Notes: generated by a model from the sequence alone, not told the origin. A DNA stretch of 54,416 bases from Eledone cirrhosa (GCA_964016885.1 CAXHJY010001526.1:1-54416), one strand, 5' to 3'. Shown: positions 38,943 to 53,039, numbered from the stretch's first letter. Numbers and translations are program-made.

Positions 38943-39469
38943 TTCTATAGCATGGTCTACTAATGTGTTTGGATACTCATTACTAACTCACATTTGTTTT
39001 AATGCTTCTTACTGAATGAGAATTTAAAGGCTCATCTAACGAGGGTTTTAATTACAGATATTTAGTGTATGTGGAGGCACTCACTGTCTGCGTGCATGTA
39101 TAAGCCTTTGTTTATGTATTGTTTTTATAAACAGAGCTATACAGGTATAGCTCGGCTTTCATCATTTTGAGTTTCGTCATTTTCAAAGTTACGCTGGTTT
39201 TTCTTAATATCATATGGCAAAAATAAACCTTGTGTTATGTGGATTGTCTCAACATTATGTCAGTCTGCCAAAAATGATTAAACTATAAAAAACATTTAAA
39301 AAATCAATAACATATAAAATACATTTAAATAAATGGTAAAAGTACATTAAAGTACAGCACTAGGGAATGCCTATTGGTGGCTTATAGAGGGGTTAATTTG
39401 ACAGTTGTTTTTCAACTTAAGTTTTGACTTCTGGAACCAATTAATGATGTAGGGTGACTACTGCTTGTT

Positions 39470-39790
39470 ATGCTCACTGGCATGTAGGGCAGCAATGAAG
39501 GTCCTCCACTTCTGTCTCTCCTCGGCCAGCTTCTTGATGGTACTCCATGTGTGTTGTTAGGTCTTCAACTCTCCCTCAACTGTGCCAGGTGTTCTTTGGC
39601 CTTCTGGTGTCCAGTGAAGGGCTGTTCTTGAGATGCTATCTTGCTCTCTTGTGAGAACATATTCTCCTGTTGGCATCTACCTAGCAATTCCTCATTGGAG
39701 ATCTTTTTAGGCCCCAAAATTCTAAGGATTTTTCTAAGATTCTTTGTGTGAATGACTGACAGTTTGGTCAAGTCATTCTCTATCATTCTG
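39470..39790 (-). mobile_element. RTE-type LINE 3' fragment
   Basis: KNLRKILRILGPKKISNEELL. Confidence 0.65.
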
Positions 39791-40200
39791 AGCTGTACAT
39801 AATGGGGGGATTTCTGAAGTTTATGACCACAGCTAAGAGTGTGACCAATATACCACGAGTACGACCATTCTGATTCTGAAAAGCATGATTTGTTTGTGTA
39901 ATAAATAGCTATGTGTGATGTCTATGTATTAAAAGTTCAAATTATAAAAAATTAACGTCCATTTTTCTATGCTAGCATGGGTTAGACGTGTTGTCTCATT
40001 GTGTAATAATTCAGATCAGATGACCGTGTCTTGCTCATACAGAACTGTTTCTGGCTTGGTTTCTATGACTGGATGCACTTCCTAATGCCAACCACATTCA
40101 CAGGGTGGACTGAGCATTTTTTATTATGACACCAAAACGATCACTTAACAGTGTGGAATGGGTGCTTTTTGTCATGTCACCAACTTGACCTCTTTATATG

Positions 40201-40239
<39 letters not shown>

Positions 40240-40292
40240 CTGTGTGTGTGTATGTATATTATAGTGTATATTTAATGTCTGTCTACTTTCAG

Positions 40293-40369
40293 AGGAGGCA
40301 TACACAAAAGTTAGTGTGGAAGATGTAGAGCATCAGATTAAGAAAAGATTATTAGGATATCACAGCTAA
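40293..40369 (+). other. Candidate host exon (77 nt)
   Basis: GTCTACTTTCAG| ... TAA|GTAAGT; frame EAYTKVSVEDVEHQIKKRLLGYHS*. Confidence 0.35.
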
Positions 40370-40848
40370 GTAAGTAACTGATGTTGATGATGATGATGTG
40401 GTGGTAGTATTGGTGGTAATAGTGGGTGTTGGTGTTGATGAGGTAATGGTGGTGGTGGTTGGAGGTGGAACTGAGGTCAGTGAAGTGGTTGTAATTGACA
40501 ATGAAGAGATTAATTAGAGAAGGAAGAAATGGAAAGTGAGTGAGTTTATTGGTGAGTGGGATGATGTGTTGTTTTTGTTTCTCCTACTTTACTCACATAA
40601 CAGCCAGCTATATTATTGTTTTTGTTTCTCCTACTTTACTCACATAACAGCCAGCTATATCCCAGGGCATGAGAATTCTTGCTTCACTCAATTGAGATGA
40701 TTTTAAGAGATTGCTAGATGCTACATAGATAAGCAAATATTCCCACCGAGATTAACTTTGCCTTTCATCCTTACGGGGTCGATTAAATAAAGTACCAGTA
40801 ATACACTGGGATAATTGCTGGCCTTGTGCTAAAAGTAGAAACAATTAT

Positions 40849-41119
40849 TTAGATCACCTCAATATAACGTCTGTTTTTAGAGTACAATTTAACGTCTATT
40901 TTTATGTCACCTCAATGTAACATCTGTTTTTATATCACCAAAATTTAACGTCTGTTTTTATATCACCAAAATTTAACGTCTGTTTTTAGATCACCGATTT
41001 AACGTCTGTATATAGATCACCACAGTTTAACGTCTATTTTTAGATCGCAATTTAACGTCTGTATTTAGATCGCCATAATTTAATGTCTGTCTTAAGAGTA
41101 CAATTTAACGTCTGTTTTC
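40849..41119. repeat. Minisatellite, ~10 x 25-28 bp
   Basis: Unit ~TAGATCACC..AATTTAACGTCTGTTTT. Confidence 0.9.
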
Positions 41120-42047
41120 AGTGGAGCTACTATCCTTGCAGATAGGTCAGAGGCCACATCTTGTTTAGATACGTTTTTGGTTAAGCTTAGTTTTTCACAG
41201 GTGCATGCCCTTCCTATCACCAACCACATAACACAGTGTATTTGGTACATTTTATTGTGGCACCAACACTAGGGAGGATATCATGTCCTTGACAAGACGA
41301 AAGGGTCCCTTTTACTTTGAGTTGTCTCAACAACCATTTTATAGGGGTTACGGAATGCATCCACTTGAAAGTAACTAGATAAATTGGACCCTGGTTAACC
41401 TTGTTGGTATGGTCCTGTAACTCCTGTTGAAGTTTTAGGGGTGCTGTAGTGACATATAGTGTTTCTTAGGCAGTTTAAGCCTGGTGGAGGTCATCCTTCT
41501 CCAGGTATGAATATGGCAGATTTCTTCCACAGAAGAATAAGGAGAGTGAGAGAAAGGAAGTGAGAAAGAAATATAGAGGAGGAATTGACCCTAGTACTAG
41601 ACTGGTACTTTTTTTTTTATCAACCTTGAATGTATAAAAGGCACAGTTGACCTCAGTAGGATTTGAACTCAGAGAGCCGGAATTAATACTGCAAAGCATT
41701 CCATTTAATGTTCTAACAGCTCTGCCAATTCACTACCAATTAACCTTGGTATAAAACAACTGCTCCTCGAATAATGTGACAACAAAACAACTCAACTCAT
41801 TTTTCTGTTTTCATCATCACCATCTTCGTTTAACGTCCATCTTCCATGCTAGCATGGGTTAGACGGGAGTTGTCCCGCTTGAGGCAAGGTTGGTTGGGTG
41901 ACCATGTCTCGCTCATATAGGACTATCTGGCAGGTTTTCTATGGCTGGATGCCCTTCCTAACACAAACCACATTTACAGTGTGGAACTCTTTTTTATATT
42001 TTAATATTTGAAATTATTCGAAGTACCTGCTCTCATTATTAATCTCT

Positions 42048-42220
42048 GGCGGTGGATTGACAGTATCGGTAGAGTGCAGCAAAGAGTTATGGCCCTTTAT
42101 GGTCTGAGTTCAAATCCCATTGAGGTTAACTTTGCCTTTCACCCTTACGGGGTCGATAAAATAAAGTACCAGTAATGTACTGGGTAATTGCTGGCCTTGT
42201 GCCAAAAGTAGAAACAATTA
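42048..42220 (+). mobile_element. SINE family 1 with TSD
   Basis: TSD ATTATTAATCTCT. Confidence 0.88.
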
Positions 42221-42644
42221 TTAATCTCTGGCTGATCCTTCTTTCTTCATCATCATTTACCATCATCACCATCATCATTGTCATAATTATCATCATCATA
42301 GCCATCACCATCATCATAACCATCTGTTTTTAGCTATTAAGAATGCCTGTTATTTTACCTCTGTATAGAATCTCTTATATATCATTTGTTCCATTATATT
42401 TTATGCACCTGCAACATAATGTTAAATAATATCATTCTGACAAACAATGAAACCATCAAATTTTCATCTTATTTCATCATCTACAGATGTTTTTATGAAA
42501 CAATAATTTCTTTTATTTTACAGCATTATCACATCTCTCTCTACATGCATTCCGTTCTTCATTTAGAAAAAGAAGGAAAAAACGAAAAAAAAAACAGCAA
42601 AATAAAACAACTAAATTATCCTATTGGTTATTTATGTTTTCATG

Positions 42645-42830
42645 TGGTAGGCTACTGGGCTCATTATTGTAAGGTTGTGAGTTTGATTCCCAGATCAAGC
42701 TGCATGTTGTGTCTTTGAATAAGACACTTCATTTTATGTTGCTTCAATATACTCAGTTGAAAAAAGAATGAGTTGCGACAACACTGGTACCAAGCTGAAT
42801 TGGCCTTTGCCTTTCCCTTGAACTATATTA
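42645..42830 (+). mobile_element. tRNA-derived SINE family 2
   Basis: B-box-like GAGTTTGATTCC, then TGTTGTGTCTTTGAATAAGACACTT. Confidence 0.6.
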
Positions 42831-42929
42831 ATATCATGCTTGGGTAACTACTGGTCTTTTGTGACAAACCCTATCCAGGGTTGTGCTTTGGAGAAGCAGA
42901 CCCATAGTCTATCAGTCATAAGGGCTGCG

Positions 42930-43215
42930 ATTCATTCTCTGCCTCCAGCCTTGTCGCTTCAGTCACAAACCCAGGCTCCACTGCCCGCGATGCAGACGAG
43001 AAGAAGATAGTTAAATACCAGAGTCTGACCGACCACTTCCTCTTTGCATTGGTCTCCATTGAAACTTCTTGTGTCCTTTGTCCCCACACTGCTGATTCCC
43101 TCTGTAAAATCGAAAAGATGGCAGCCTACTTGGGGAGGGAGCTCCATGAGGTGAGGTGGCTGTTGCAGCAGGTGACTCTGGCCATTCTCCGCAGTAATGC
43201 CTTGCCATTTTGTTA
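42930..43215 (+). mobile_element. CRE-like retrotransposon RLE fragment
   Basis: ADEKKIVKYQSLTDHFLFALVSIETS...WLLQQVTLAILRSNA; related piece at 51575..51690. Confidence 0.7.
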
Positions 43216-43769
43216 GTGGGGCACCGCTCAGACTGGGATGTTGTGACTGTCCCTTTCCCTTTCTTTCATTGCTTAATTCATTTTTTCTTTTTCTTCTTTT
43301 CATTTCCCTTTAATATTGTTTTGTTTTTGCATAAATATCTTTGTAAAATAAAATAAAATAGGGATTTTTTCTTACCAGGAAAAAAAAAAAATTAATTGCC
43401 TGTCATGATCAAACCCCCCCCCCCCCCTTCTTTATGTTCATTATACATAATTACTTATCTTCACCTTTATACTCATTGGACAGAAAAGACCCAGTCTCTC
43501 TTCATTTCATTTCGTAGCTCTATAGAATCAAATTGTAATTCTTAGTTTATGTTTAATTATCTCTGTGTGTATCCAGTTCAGAATAAGTACACCATACCAC
43601 TTCATGTTGTAAGAGGCAAGTAAGAGGGTTTGTGCCAGAAAGAGCAACGAGCTGTAACACATTGCTTCAAAAAAGACAGCATGATGAGCATGAAGCCGTT
43701 CTTGGCAACAAGATTAACCCCTGTTTTAGCAGAGAAAAATAGCTTTAAAACAATTATAGTATATGATAT

Positions 43770-44115
43770 ATCATCATCATTCATCATCATTTCATTTTAC
43801 GTCCGCTTTTTCCCTGCTTGCAAGGGTGGGACGGGAACTGATTCTGGCTTGATTTCTACAGCTGGATGCCCTTCCTAACACCAACCTCATTTACAGTGAA
43901 TATTGGGTGCTTATTTTGCCGTGGCACTTACACGACCACTTTGCAGTGGAATGATAGGGACCCCAGTCCCTATCATCTCATTTCTACAGCTGAGTAAACT
44001 GGAGCAATGTGAAATGAAGTGTCTTGCTCAAGGAAACAACACATCACCTGGTCTGAGAATTGAACTCACCACCTTTCGATTGCAAGGCCAATGCTCTAAC
44101 CACTAAGCCATGTAC
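43770..44115 (-). mobile_element. RTE 3' UTR fragment adjoining SINE family 2
   Basis: Minus strand TGGCTTAGTGGTTAGAGCA (A box), GAGTTCAATTCTC (B box), CCTTGAGCAAGACACTT; similar copies at ~45615-45727, 46830-46930, 51455-51570, 53270-53375. Confidence 0.75.
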
Positions 44116-46065
44116 CTCCATTGCAAGGCCAATGCTCTAGCCAATGCTATATATATATATATGACCATGACATGGTGTCTGGACCAAGACTTGACTCATA
44201 ACATGATAACCCATCTAACTCATGCAGGCATGAAAAAATGGTTGTTAAATGATGATGATACTGTGTGTACTCCCATTTAGGATAGGTACACTTTATCCCT
44301 GTGTGTTGTATGCGGTGACTAAAAGGGCTTGTGTCAGGCAGGAAAGGCATCTGGCTATAATACATTGCCCCAGAAAGGACCCCATGACATGTATGAAGTC
44401 TTCCATGGGATCTTGAATATTGACCACTGTTTTAGCAGGGGAAATAGCTGTAACCTGTTTTGTTAAGACACTACTTTTGATTTTGAATAATTAAAAAAAA
44501 TAATCAAGAATTTGGAGAGATTTTGTAATAAAACAAACTTGCCCATTTTTGAGATGGTATTTGGAACATAACTTAACAAATATTCTTACACAAAATTATG
44601 ATGGAAGATTTTTAGATAAATATAAACAGTTAAAAATAAGTAGTTCAGTGTTGCAGAACCAGAGGCATTTTCAGTCATTTAGGCATCAAAAAGGTTTAAA
44701 TGTTAGCTGAGTAAAACACTAGCTGGTTACAGTGTTACAGGAAATAATTATTGTGGTTATATATGTCCTAACCATTTACTGTGAATTGAATGGCACTGCA
44801 AATGATAAGAATTTTAATTGAACTAAATAATAACCACTCAGCCCTGAAGTGGGCTTCAACATAATAACCTAGCTATCTTAAACCTTTCATTACCATACTT
44901 TTAATGAACTATATGGCTTGTGTGTTTCAAATAAGTGGTAAGAAATTCTCAGGCGAGCTGGACAGCAGAAAGTCTTCAGAGAAGAAACTCTATCAAATGA
45001 ATGTTTCAGCCCTTAACTTCTTACCCTCTAAAGGGACCGGGCCACATCTAGGCCCTAACTCCTAGGTGCCCTTCTGCTGACATTTAGCCATTTGGATATC
45101 AGAGACTTATTGTGTATTTAAACCATATGGAGATTTTGATGGCAAGATCCAGCTGGAACTCCTCTCTGTTGCTTCTGCTTTCAAACTTGAAAATAATCAA
45201 GATTTTGGAGAGATTTAGTAATGTAAAATATTGACCTCAAATATAAGTCAACCTCTATCAATTTAAAATTTTTTTAAATTTTGTTTTATGTCACATATTT
45301 CTTGGCTTATATACGAGTATATAGAATAATTTAACTACAAAATCAAATGTGCCATGGCGAGTTTGTATTGTTTGCATCTTACAAAAGGAGTTTTACCTTT
45401 TAATAATAAGTGTTTTGCTACACAGTATTCTCCTAGAATAGAAGTTATAAAGTAGCTGAGAGTTGATAAAAAAAAAAATATTTCATTAAAAAATCAGAGC
45501 TGCTGGGATATTTCAATCATGTCTTTGCTTTGATTGATTAACAAGATCTCAAACCTCATTTGCTTACCGAGTAGGGTGAAACTCATACTATCTATCGGTT
45601 GCACCTTCTGGCAGAAAGAGCAATGTGAAATAAAGTGTCTTGCTGAAGGACATTTCGCATCACCCAGTCCAGAGATTGAACTTGCATCCTCACAATTGCT
45701 AATCCAATTCTCTAACCACTAAGCCATTACTGATTCCACTGGTAACCACAAAGCCATTACAATCTGCTTATTACTGGTCTGTATCATATCTTTCCTTAAT
45801 TAGGTTGGGGGAAGGGGCTCACCATTTTATAGAAAATAAATCTTGTATTAAATGAAATAAACTGCAAGAAGACATATGTTGGTGCGAGTTTGTATCATTT
45901 GCATGTCAAAAATGTAGTTTTTCCATTTTCATCTGTATACATTGATAGATACATTACGAAATGCATACATCACACACATACATTCTTACACTAACAGAAA
46001 TCCACCCAGAGGGCATTATTTCTGATTATATATACACATACAGACACACACATGTACATACACTA

Positions 46066-46109
<44 letters not shown>

Positions 46110-46143
46110 TACAGAGAGAGAGAGATGTAGATATATACACTGT

Positions 46144-46203
<60 letters not shown>

Positions 46204-47474
46204 CAGTTAGAGGGAGATATATATGTACATACATATACTTTATCTATATGTAAGATCACTTGGAATAAACTAGTATTCACAAGGCTTTTCAATGTAAACA
46301 GTATAGATATTTGACTGAATATGTTAGATGAGAGTTCCTTGCAGGCATTCTTTGGCAACAAACTGGATTTTTTTTGTTAAAATCCAGTGAATTTATTACA
46401 TGTTTCTGGTAGACGTCAATAGAATCAATTAGAAATTCCAACAGATAACAAGTTTATAAAAACAAATTTACACAAGAAAGATAAGATTGAAAAAGAACCC
46501 TGAAAAAAAGTCTCTTGGCAAATATTCTACTTCAGTTCTAATTGAGCATCTGTCTTGAAGCAGTTTTTCAAAATTGAAAATGTTAAACAGAGAAAGATAA
46601 AGTGGTATAACTTATATAGTGTGGAATGTATATATAAAAAGGGTAAAGATCCCCTTTGGTTACGAAATACCATGGGTTTTGGACCTAGAATGCTCCTCTC
46701 TGAGGCACAAGTCCAGGTAAAGTGTTGTCTAAGACCAGCAGTCAACCATGCATATCAATCTCCCCTCTCCACGCCACCGATGTTGGGAAAGGCAAAGGCC
46801 AATACAGCTTGGCACCTGTGACATCGTGACTTATTTCTACAGTTGAGTGAACTGGAGCAATGTGAAATAAAGTGTCTTACTAAAGAATTCAATGCAACAC
46901 TTGGTTTGATAATCAAACTCACAACCTCATTGCATAATAACCCTTTGTGTTCTCATCAGAAGAGGTGCAAAGTTGTAATGTTTTTGTTTTTGATATGCTA
47001 CTGTTGTTAGGAACATGGTGGTAGTAGTATACTGCATGTATGTGGGTGGTTGGGATGCTTTGTTTCATTTTGAAGGCTTGACTGCTGTAGATGATAAAGA
47101 TTTCTATTATACAGAAACTATGTAATATGTTGGCTGCAGTTTGATAACATCTGTCATCCCCATACCAATGATTCATGCAGGTCAGTGGTTGGTTTGATAT
47201 GAAATAAGGATGATGTGAGAAGAACATGTGTGTTCTAGCTCACTTTGATGGAAGGTGTCTGGGGTGAAGTGTAGGCATTTGGTTTGTCTGGCTTGGGTTC
47301 AAGGATGGCTTTGATTTTCTGTGTGTGTGTTTAATCATGGGTTAAGGCAATTGATTGTCTAAGTTGCATATATATGTATATGTGTGTGTGTGTATAATCA
47401 TGGGTTAAGGCAATTGATTGTCTAAGTTGCATATATATGTATATGTGTGTGTATATATATCTCTATATATATAT

Positions 47475-47511
<37 letters not shown>

Positions 47512-48375
47512 CATCATTATCATGTTTACTGTTCCATGCATGGGTCTTTTTCAGCACAGCATCTCACCACCTCTGCCCAGGTCTTCCTTGATCTTCCTCT
47601 ACTATGGCTTTCTTCCACTGGGATTTCCTGGCACTTCTTCACTCACCAATCATCATCCATGTCAATCACCTGTCCATAACATTGCAGTCTCCTCTCTTGC
47701 ACACTACATCTTATACCTATCTTCTCTCTCAGCCAAGTGCCTCCTGTTTGAGAATCACTGCTCTATAACAGAGCAGAGATACTGTAACATTACTCACGAC
47801 TAAAAGCCAAAACATTAAAGACATCACAGATATTATTATTACTATTATTCTAGTTGAAGACATTGTATATTGATTGCCATTGTAGACAGTCACTTCACAC
47901 TTAACACCTTTATATTAGATTTATTTTGTACAGCACTCTATTATTTGGCTCTTATAACCAATAATAATCACCTCAATTAGCTGATGCTTAAATAGGGATT
48001 TCAATAGAGGGAGGAACTGAGAATGTGAGAGAGAAACAGAGAGAGATAGGAAGAGAGAGAGAGAGAGAGAGAGCATCACCATACAAAGACCTAGTTGATC
48101 TGCTATTATTAAGTTTCTGTCATTATGTACTACTTTGCCTTTCATCCTTACGGGGTCGATAAAATAAAGTACCAGTAATGCACTGGATAATTGCTGGCCT
48201 TGTGCCTAAAGTAGAAACAATTATGTACTGTAGTAGAGCATAACAAAGAAAATAAAAAATTATTATTATTTGTCTAGTTTTACACACAGAAACGCGTATT
48301 ATGCTGTTCTGTGCTGTCCTTAATGTATTTTTTGTAAACCCTTTGTGGTTAATAAAGAAAATATTATTATTATTA

Positions 48376-48543
48376 GGGTGGTGGATTGGCAGTATCAGTA
48401 GAGTGTCAGCATAGTTATGGCCCTTTATGTTCTGAGTTCAAATCTTGCCGAAGTTAACTTTGCCTTTCATCCTTACGGGGTCAATGAAATAAAGTACCAG
48501 TAATGTACTGGGATAATTGCTGGTCTTGTGCCAAAAGTAGAAA

Positions 48544-48577
<34 letters not shown>

Positions 48578-48945
48578 GGGCAGTGGATTGGCAGTAACGG
48601 TAGAGCGTTAGACAACATACTTTATGGCCCTTTATGATCTGAGTTCAAATCTCGCTGAGGTTAACTCCTTACAGGGTCGATAAAATAAAGTACCAGTAAT
48701 ACACTGGGATAATTGCTGGCCTTGTGCTTATTGTAGAAACAATTATTACTATTGGTGTATTGGCAGTATCCGTAGAGGGTCGGACGCCATGCTTTGATGC
48801 ATAGAGTTACGGCCCTTGCCATTCTGAGTTCAAATCCCGCCGAGGTTAACTTTGCCTTTCATCCTTATGGGGTCGATAAAATAAAGTACCAGTAATGCAC
48901 TGGGTAATTGCTGGCCTTGTGCCAAAAGTAGAAACAATTATTACT
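48376..48945 (+). mobile_element. Three head-to-tail SINE family 1 copies
   Basis: 48376-48545, 48578-48745, 48752-48940, separated by (ATT)n; a 5'-truncated copy lies at 48133-48223. Confidence 0.9.
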
Positions 48946-50024
48946 ATTATGATAGAAGTTGTGACTAGTAGATAGTATCAGCAATGGAAAGACCAATGGA
49001 AACATTGTTTCCTTGGTCCAATTTGATGAGTTCCACCCCACTCAATAAAGGAATGAGGTATGCGATCTTTTCAATCAATTGTTAAATAAAGATGACAGCA
49101 TAAATCTCTCACAGATACAAACAGAGGTAATCTTTGTAAAAAAAAAAAAAAGAAAGTAAATAAATAACAAATTACCCAGTATATAAACTGGAATTAATCT
49201 ATAAGAAACCAGTTTACTTAATACTTTGCTATATTGTGCTACAGAATATATCTATAGATTTTTATCTAACACTATATTTGTGTGTGCCGAGGTCTACTTT
49301 GCCTTTCATCCATTCAAGGTTGATAAAAAAAAGTACCAGTCTATCTCTTTTTCACTTCCATTCTTTCATGCTATATCCTTCTCTAGAAACAAATCTGTAT
49401 TCAAACCTAGAGAGATGGGTTCTGCCAGGCTTAAAATGTTCAAGAAACACCATATGTCAATATGCCGCTCCTATGGCTCCCTCAGGAGTTGCGGGACAAA
49501 AGAAGAAGATATTTGTGTGTAAGACAGGGAATTGGCAGAATTGTTAGAATGTCGGATAGAATGCTTTGTGGTATTCATTCTGGCTCTCTGCTCTCTGAAT
49601 TTAAATCCCACCAAGGTCAACTTTGCCATTCGTCTATTTGAGGTTCATAAAAAAGTACCAGTCAAATTGATTCTTCCTTTATATCTTTCTCACTTCCATT
49701 CTTTCACTCTTTCCTTCTCTGGAAGAAATCTACTGTAATGAGACCTAGAGAGGAGATGGGCTCTGGCAGATCTAAAAAATGCCCCAAGAAATGCTGTATG
49801 TCACTACAGCACCCCTATGGAAAAGCTTTATTAATGACAAAATACAACTAAAAATCAACACATAGACACAGCAAATAAAATAATTTCACCTTACAATAGG
49901 GTAAGTTGACAAAGGCACCTTCCTGAGGTCTGTACTCTATGTGGCTGCTTTGTTGGCCTTCCCTTTAGCATTTACATTAGTTTATATTTACTATTGTATT
50001 TTCACGGTAAACACTTTATTTCAC

Positions 50025-50215
50025 ATAATTGTTTCTACTTTTGGCACAAGGCCAGCAATTATCCAGTTCATTACTGGTACTTTATTTTATCGACCCCGTA
50101 AGGATGAAAGGCAAAGTTAACCTCGGCGGGATTTGAACTCAGAATGGCAAGGGCCGTAACTCTATGCGTCAAAGCATGGCATCCAACCCTCTACCGATAC
50201 TGCCAATCCACCGCC
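50025..50215 (-). mobile_element. SINE family 1 with 16-bp TSD
   Basis: TSD CTTTATTTCACATAAT. Confidence 0.92.
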
Positions 50216-50537
50216 CTTTATTTCACATAATATTGAGCTGCTGGTTAAGCCGGTTTGAATAGAAAGAGGTGAGAGAATTCTGGCTCTATATAGCCGGTTT
50301 AAATGCTAAAGGCTTAATAGTAGTGCCAGCCTTGGATATATCATGCATGAAATACTCTTTAAAAGTAACCAGAAATTAATCATTTATCAATTTTATATCT
50401 CACTCTTACATCATTCCTATGGTTCCTTGCTGCTGACTCATCATTAACAGTAGATGGCAAAACAAAATACTTAGCAGTATTTAATTTTGAGCCCTTTTAT
50501 GTTCTTATTAAGGTCAACTTTTCCTTTTATCCTTTCT

Positions 50538-50765
50538 GGGTTGATAAAATTCACTACCAGTCAATTTCTGGGGTTAAAATATGGTACCAGTGAACTTTTG
50601 GGGTTGATAAAATATAGTACCAGGGAATTTCTGGAGTTAAAATATGGTACCAGCAAACTTCTTGGGATTGATATAATATAGTACCAGGGAACATTTTGGG
50701 ATTGATATAATATAATACTAGGGAACTTCTAGGGTTGATAAAATATAGTACCAGTCTTGGGATTG
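50538..50765 (+). repeat. Minisatellite, ~7 x 30-34 bp, derived from the SINE central domain
   Basis: Unit GGGTTGATAAAATATAGTACCAG..TTCT follows AAGGTCAACTTTTCCTTTTATCC. Confidence 0.85.
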
Positions 50766-51834
50766 ATTAAATTGACTGTTCCCACCTGAGGTCTATGTAA
50801 GAAATCAATATTGTACAGGGGATATTTTCTATAGAAGGAATACACATGGGAAAGAACAAGTGATAAATCTTGTATTTTAGTTGGAGAGAGTATATTATTC
50901 ATAGCCTCTTGCTCTCTCTCTCTCTCTCACACACAGACACAGGCACTCTCACTCGTTTACTCTGTCTCTCACTCTCTCTCCCATTCTCCCCCTCTCTCAA
51001 CCCCCCCCCCCCCACATACACACACTTTCACCCCCCCCCCCCCCCCCTCTTTACACACACTAATATGTTTTAGCCATCAGCTACAGGTCATTTCTCATTA
51101 TACTTCAATCAGATTTTCTACTTATATCCCTCATTACATCTGACTGCTGTTATTTCCCAATAATGACTTCAGCATAACATTCTTACTTCTGCTCTTTACT
51201 TTTGTATGTCATTCCCTGCTGTCCAACAGTAAGATACTTGCCAACGTCAACAGCCACAAACCCTGCCACCAACAACATAGACTTCAGACTTTTTTTTTTT
51301 TGCTCCTCTGTCTCGAGCATGGAGGCTTACCAGGCCGGTGTTTATCCAGGTTTCTCTGGCATTAAGCGACTGAAAGTACAAGACTTCCCCGCCTGGACAG
51401 GATGCCAATGCATCTCGGGGTTAAACCCACCAGCTATTACTGCTGGTACTAATTTTCAGCTGAGTACACTGGAACAATGTGAAATGGACACGACACACAA
51501 CCCAGTCCTGGAATCAAACCCTCAACATTATGATCGTAAGTCCAACACCCTTACAACTAAATCACATGCTTCCTCTGGTGTCCTGGCTCCCTTAACCACC
51601 TCCCTACTTATAGAGGAGCAGAAGAGGGCTAAATACCAGGCATTGACAGGCCATTTCCTTTTTGTGCCAGTTGCCATTGAGATCTCCATCTAACCCATGC
51701 TTGCTTAGAAAATGGACATAAGGCGGAGGTGATGATGATATATGTATATACACATATATATATATGCCATTATCATGATATATATGTGTATATATATTAT
51801 GTCGGTACCATAAAGCATCCAGCCCACTGTAAAG

Positions 51835-52035
51835 TGGTCATGTAAAAAACATGGCAAAAAGCACCCAGCACACGCTGTAAATGTGGTTGGCACTAGGAAG
51901 GGCATCCAGCCGTCGAAAACCAGCCAGAAACAGTCCTATATGAGTGAGACATGGTCACCCGACCCAACTGTCCCTAAATGGGACAAACCCATCTAACCCT
52001 TGCTAGTGTGAAAGATCGACGTTAATTGATGATGA
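51835..52035 (+). mobile_element. RTE 3' UTR fragment
   Basis: AGGAAGGGCATCCAGCCG..GACGTTAA..(GAT)n. Confidence 0.8.
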
Positions 52036-52269
52036 TTTCCAGTGTCCTTGGTCCCTGGACCGCTGTTTTCCTCCTCCAAGTCAAGACAAAGGTATGATGT
52101 CTGAGGAAGGAGCCATGTGAGGTGGAATGGTCAATGTAGTGGGTATTGCTGGCTGCTCTCTGTAGCAACAATTTTTGCCATCCTGGTTATGGCATGTAGC
52201 CGAGAGATACCATTCTGCCAAAGTTTGCTTCTCTTGACTTCTCTCCCCTTTTTTCTGTTTTTCTTTCTG

Positions 52270-52472
52270 TTGGTAGATCAGATAACACGCATTGCAGCAT
52301 ATTGTTATGAACCTTTACACTCTGAGTTCAAATTATGCCAAAGTTAGCATTGACTTTCATCTTTACGGGGGTGAATGAAATACAGTACCAGTAATTCACT
52401 GGAGTGGATCTAATCAACTTTCCCCTCTCCCCTTCAAATTGCTGGCCTTGAGCCAAAAGTAGAAACAATTAT
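52270..52472 (+). mobile_element. SINE family 1 (older variant)
   Basis: B box, central domain, GTAGAAACAATT tail. Confidence 0.75.
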
Positions 52473-53039
52473 AATATTGTAAATAAAATTTATTTATCTT
52501 ACTATGGGCAGTATGACTTTTGTCTTTCAAAACATTATTGAGACTACAATATGATTGAGGATGGAAAACAGTTTGATTATTCTGTCCTAGCCTGTCCTTG
52601 GAAGAATCACTCAAACCAAATATTTTACAGTGTTTAACTCTTTCATTTCCATATTTCTAATAAAACACTGTCTATTATTTCCAAGTAATTTTTAATAGCA
52701 AGAATTTGTGGGGATTTAGTAATATAACTAACTTCCATGTTATTAAGCTTGTGTTTGGAACATAACTTAAAGATTCTTGCTTAAAAAGGTTTTTAATTAA
52801 CTATAAACACTTTAACCTATTTGTTGCCATATTTTTAATGAAAGACACTGCCTATGGTTTTCAATTAATTTTAAAATGATCAAGGATTTAGAGGGATTTT
52901 GTAATATAACTAACTTTCATGTTATTAAGTTAGTGGAATATAACTTAACAAAGGTTCTTACATAAAAATATGTGGAGATTTAGTAATAGACTTTTCTCAT
53001 TAAGCTGGTGTTTGGAGCATATGTTGTCCAGTTTAATAC

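Noticed and set aside
19326-50215. tRNA genes
   Set aside because: A/B boxes belong to SINE heads; no cloverleaf evident; multi-copy with tails and TSDs.
40849-50765. CRISPR-like repeat/spacer appearance of minisatellites and SINE arrays
   Set aside because: Eukaryotic context, no unique spacers, no cas genes; the units derive from LINE and SINE sequence.
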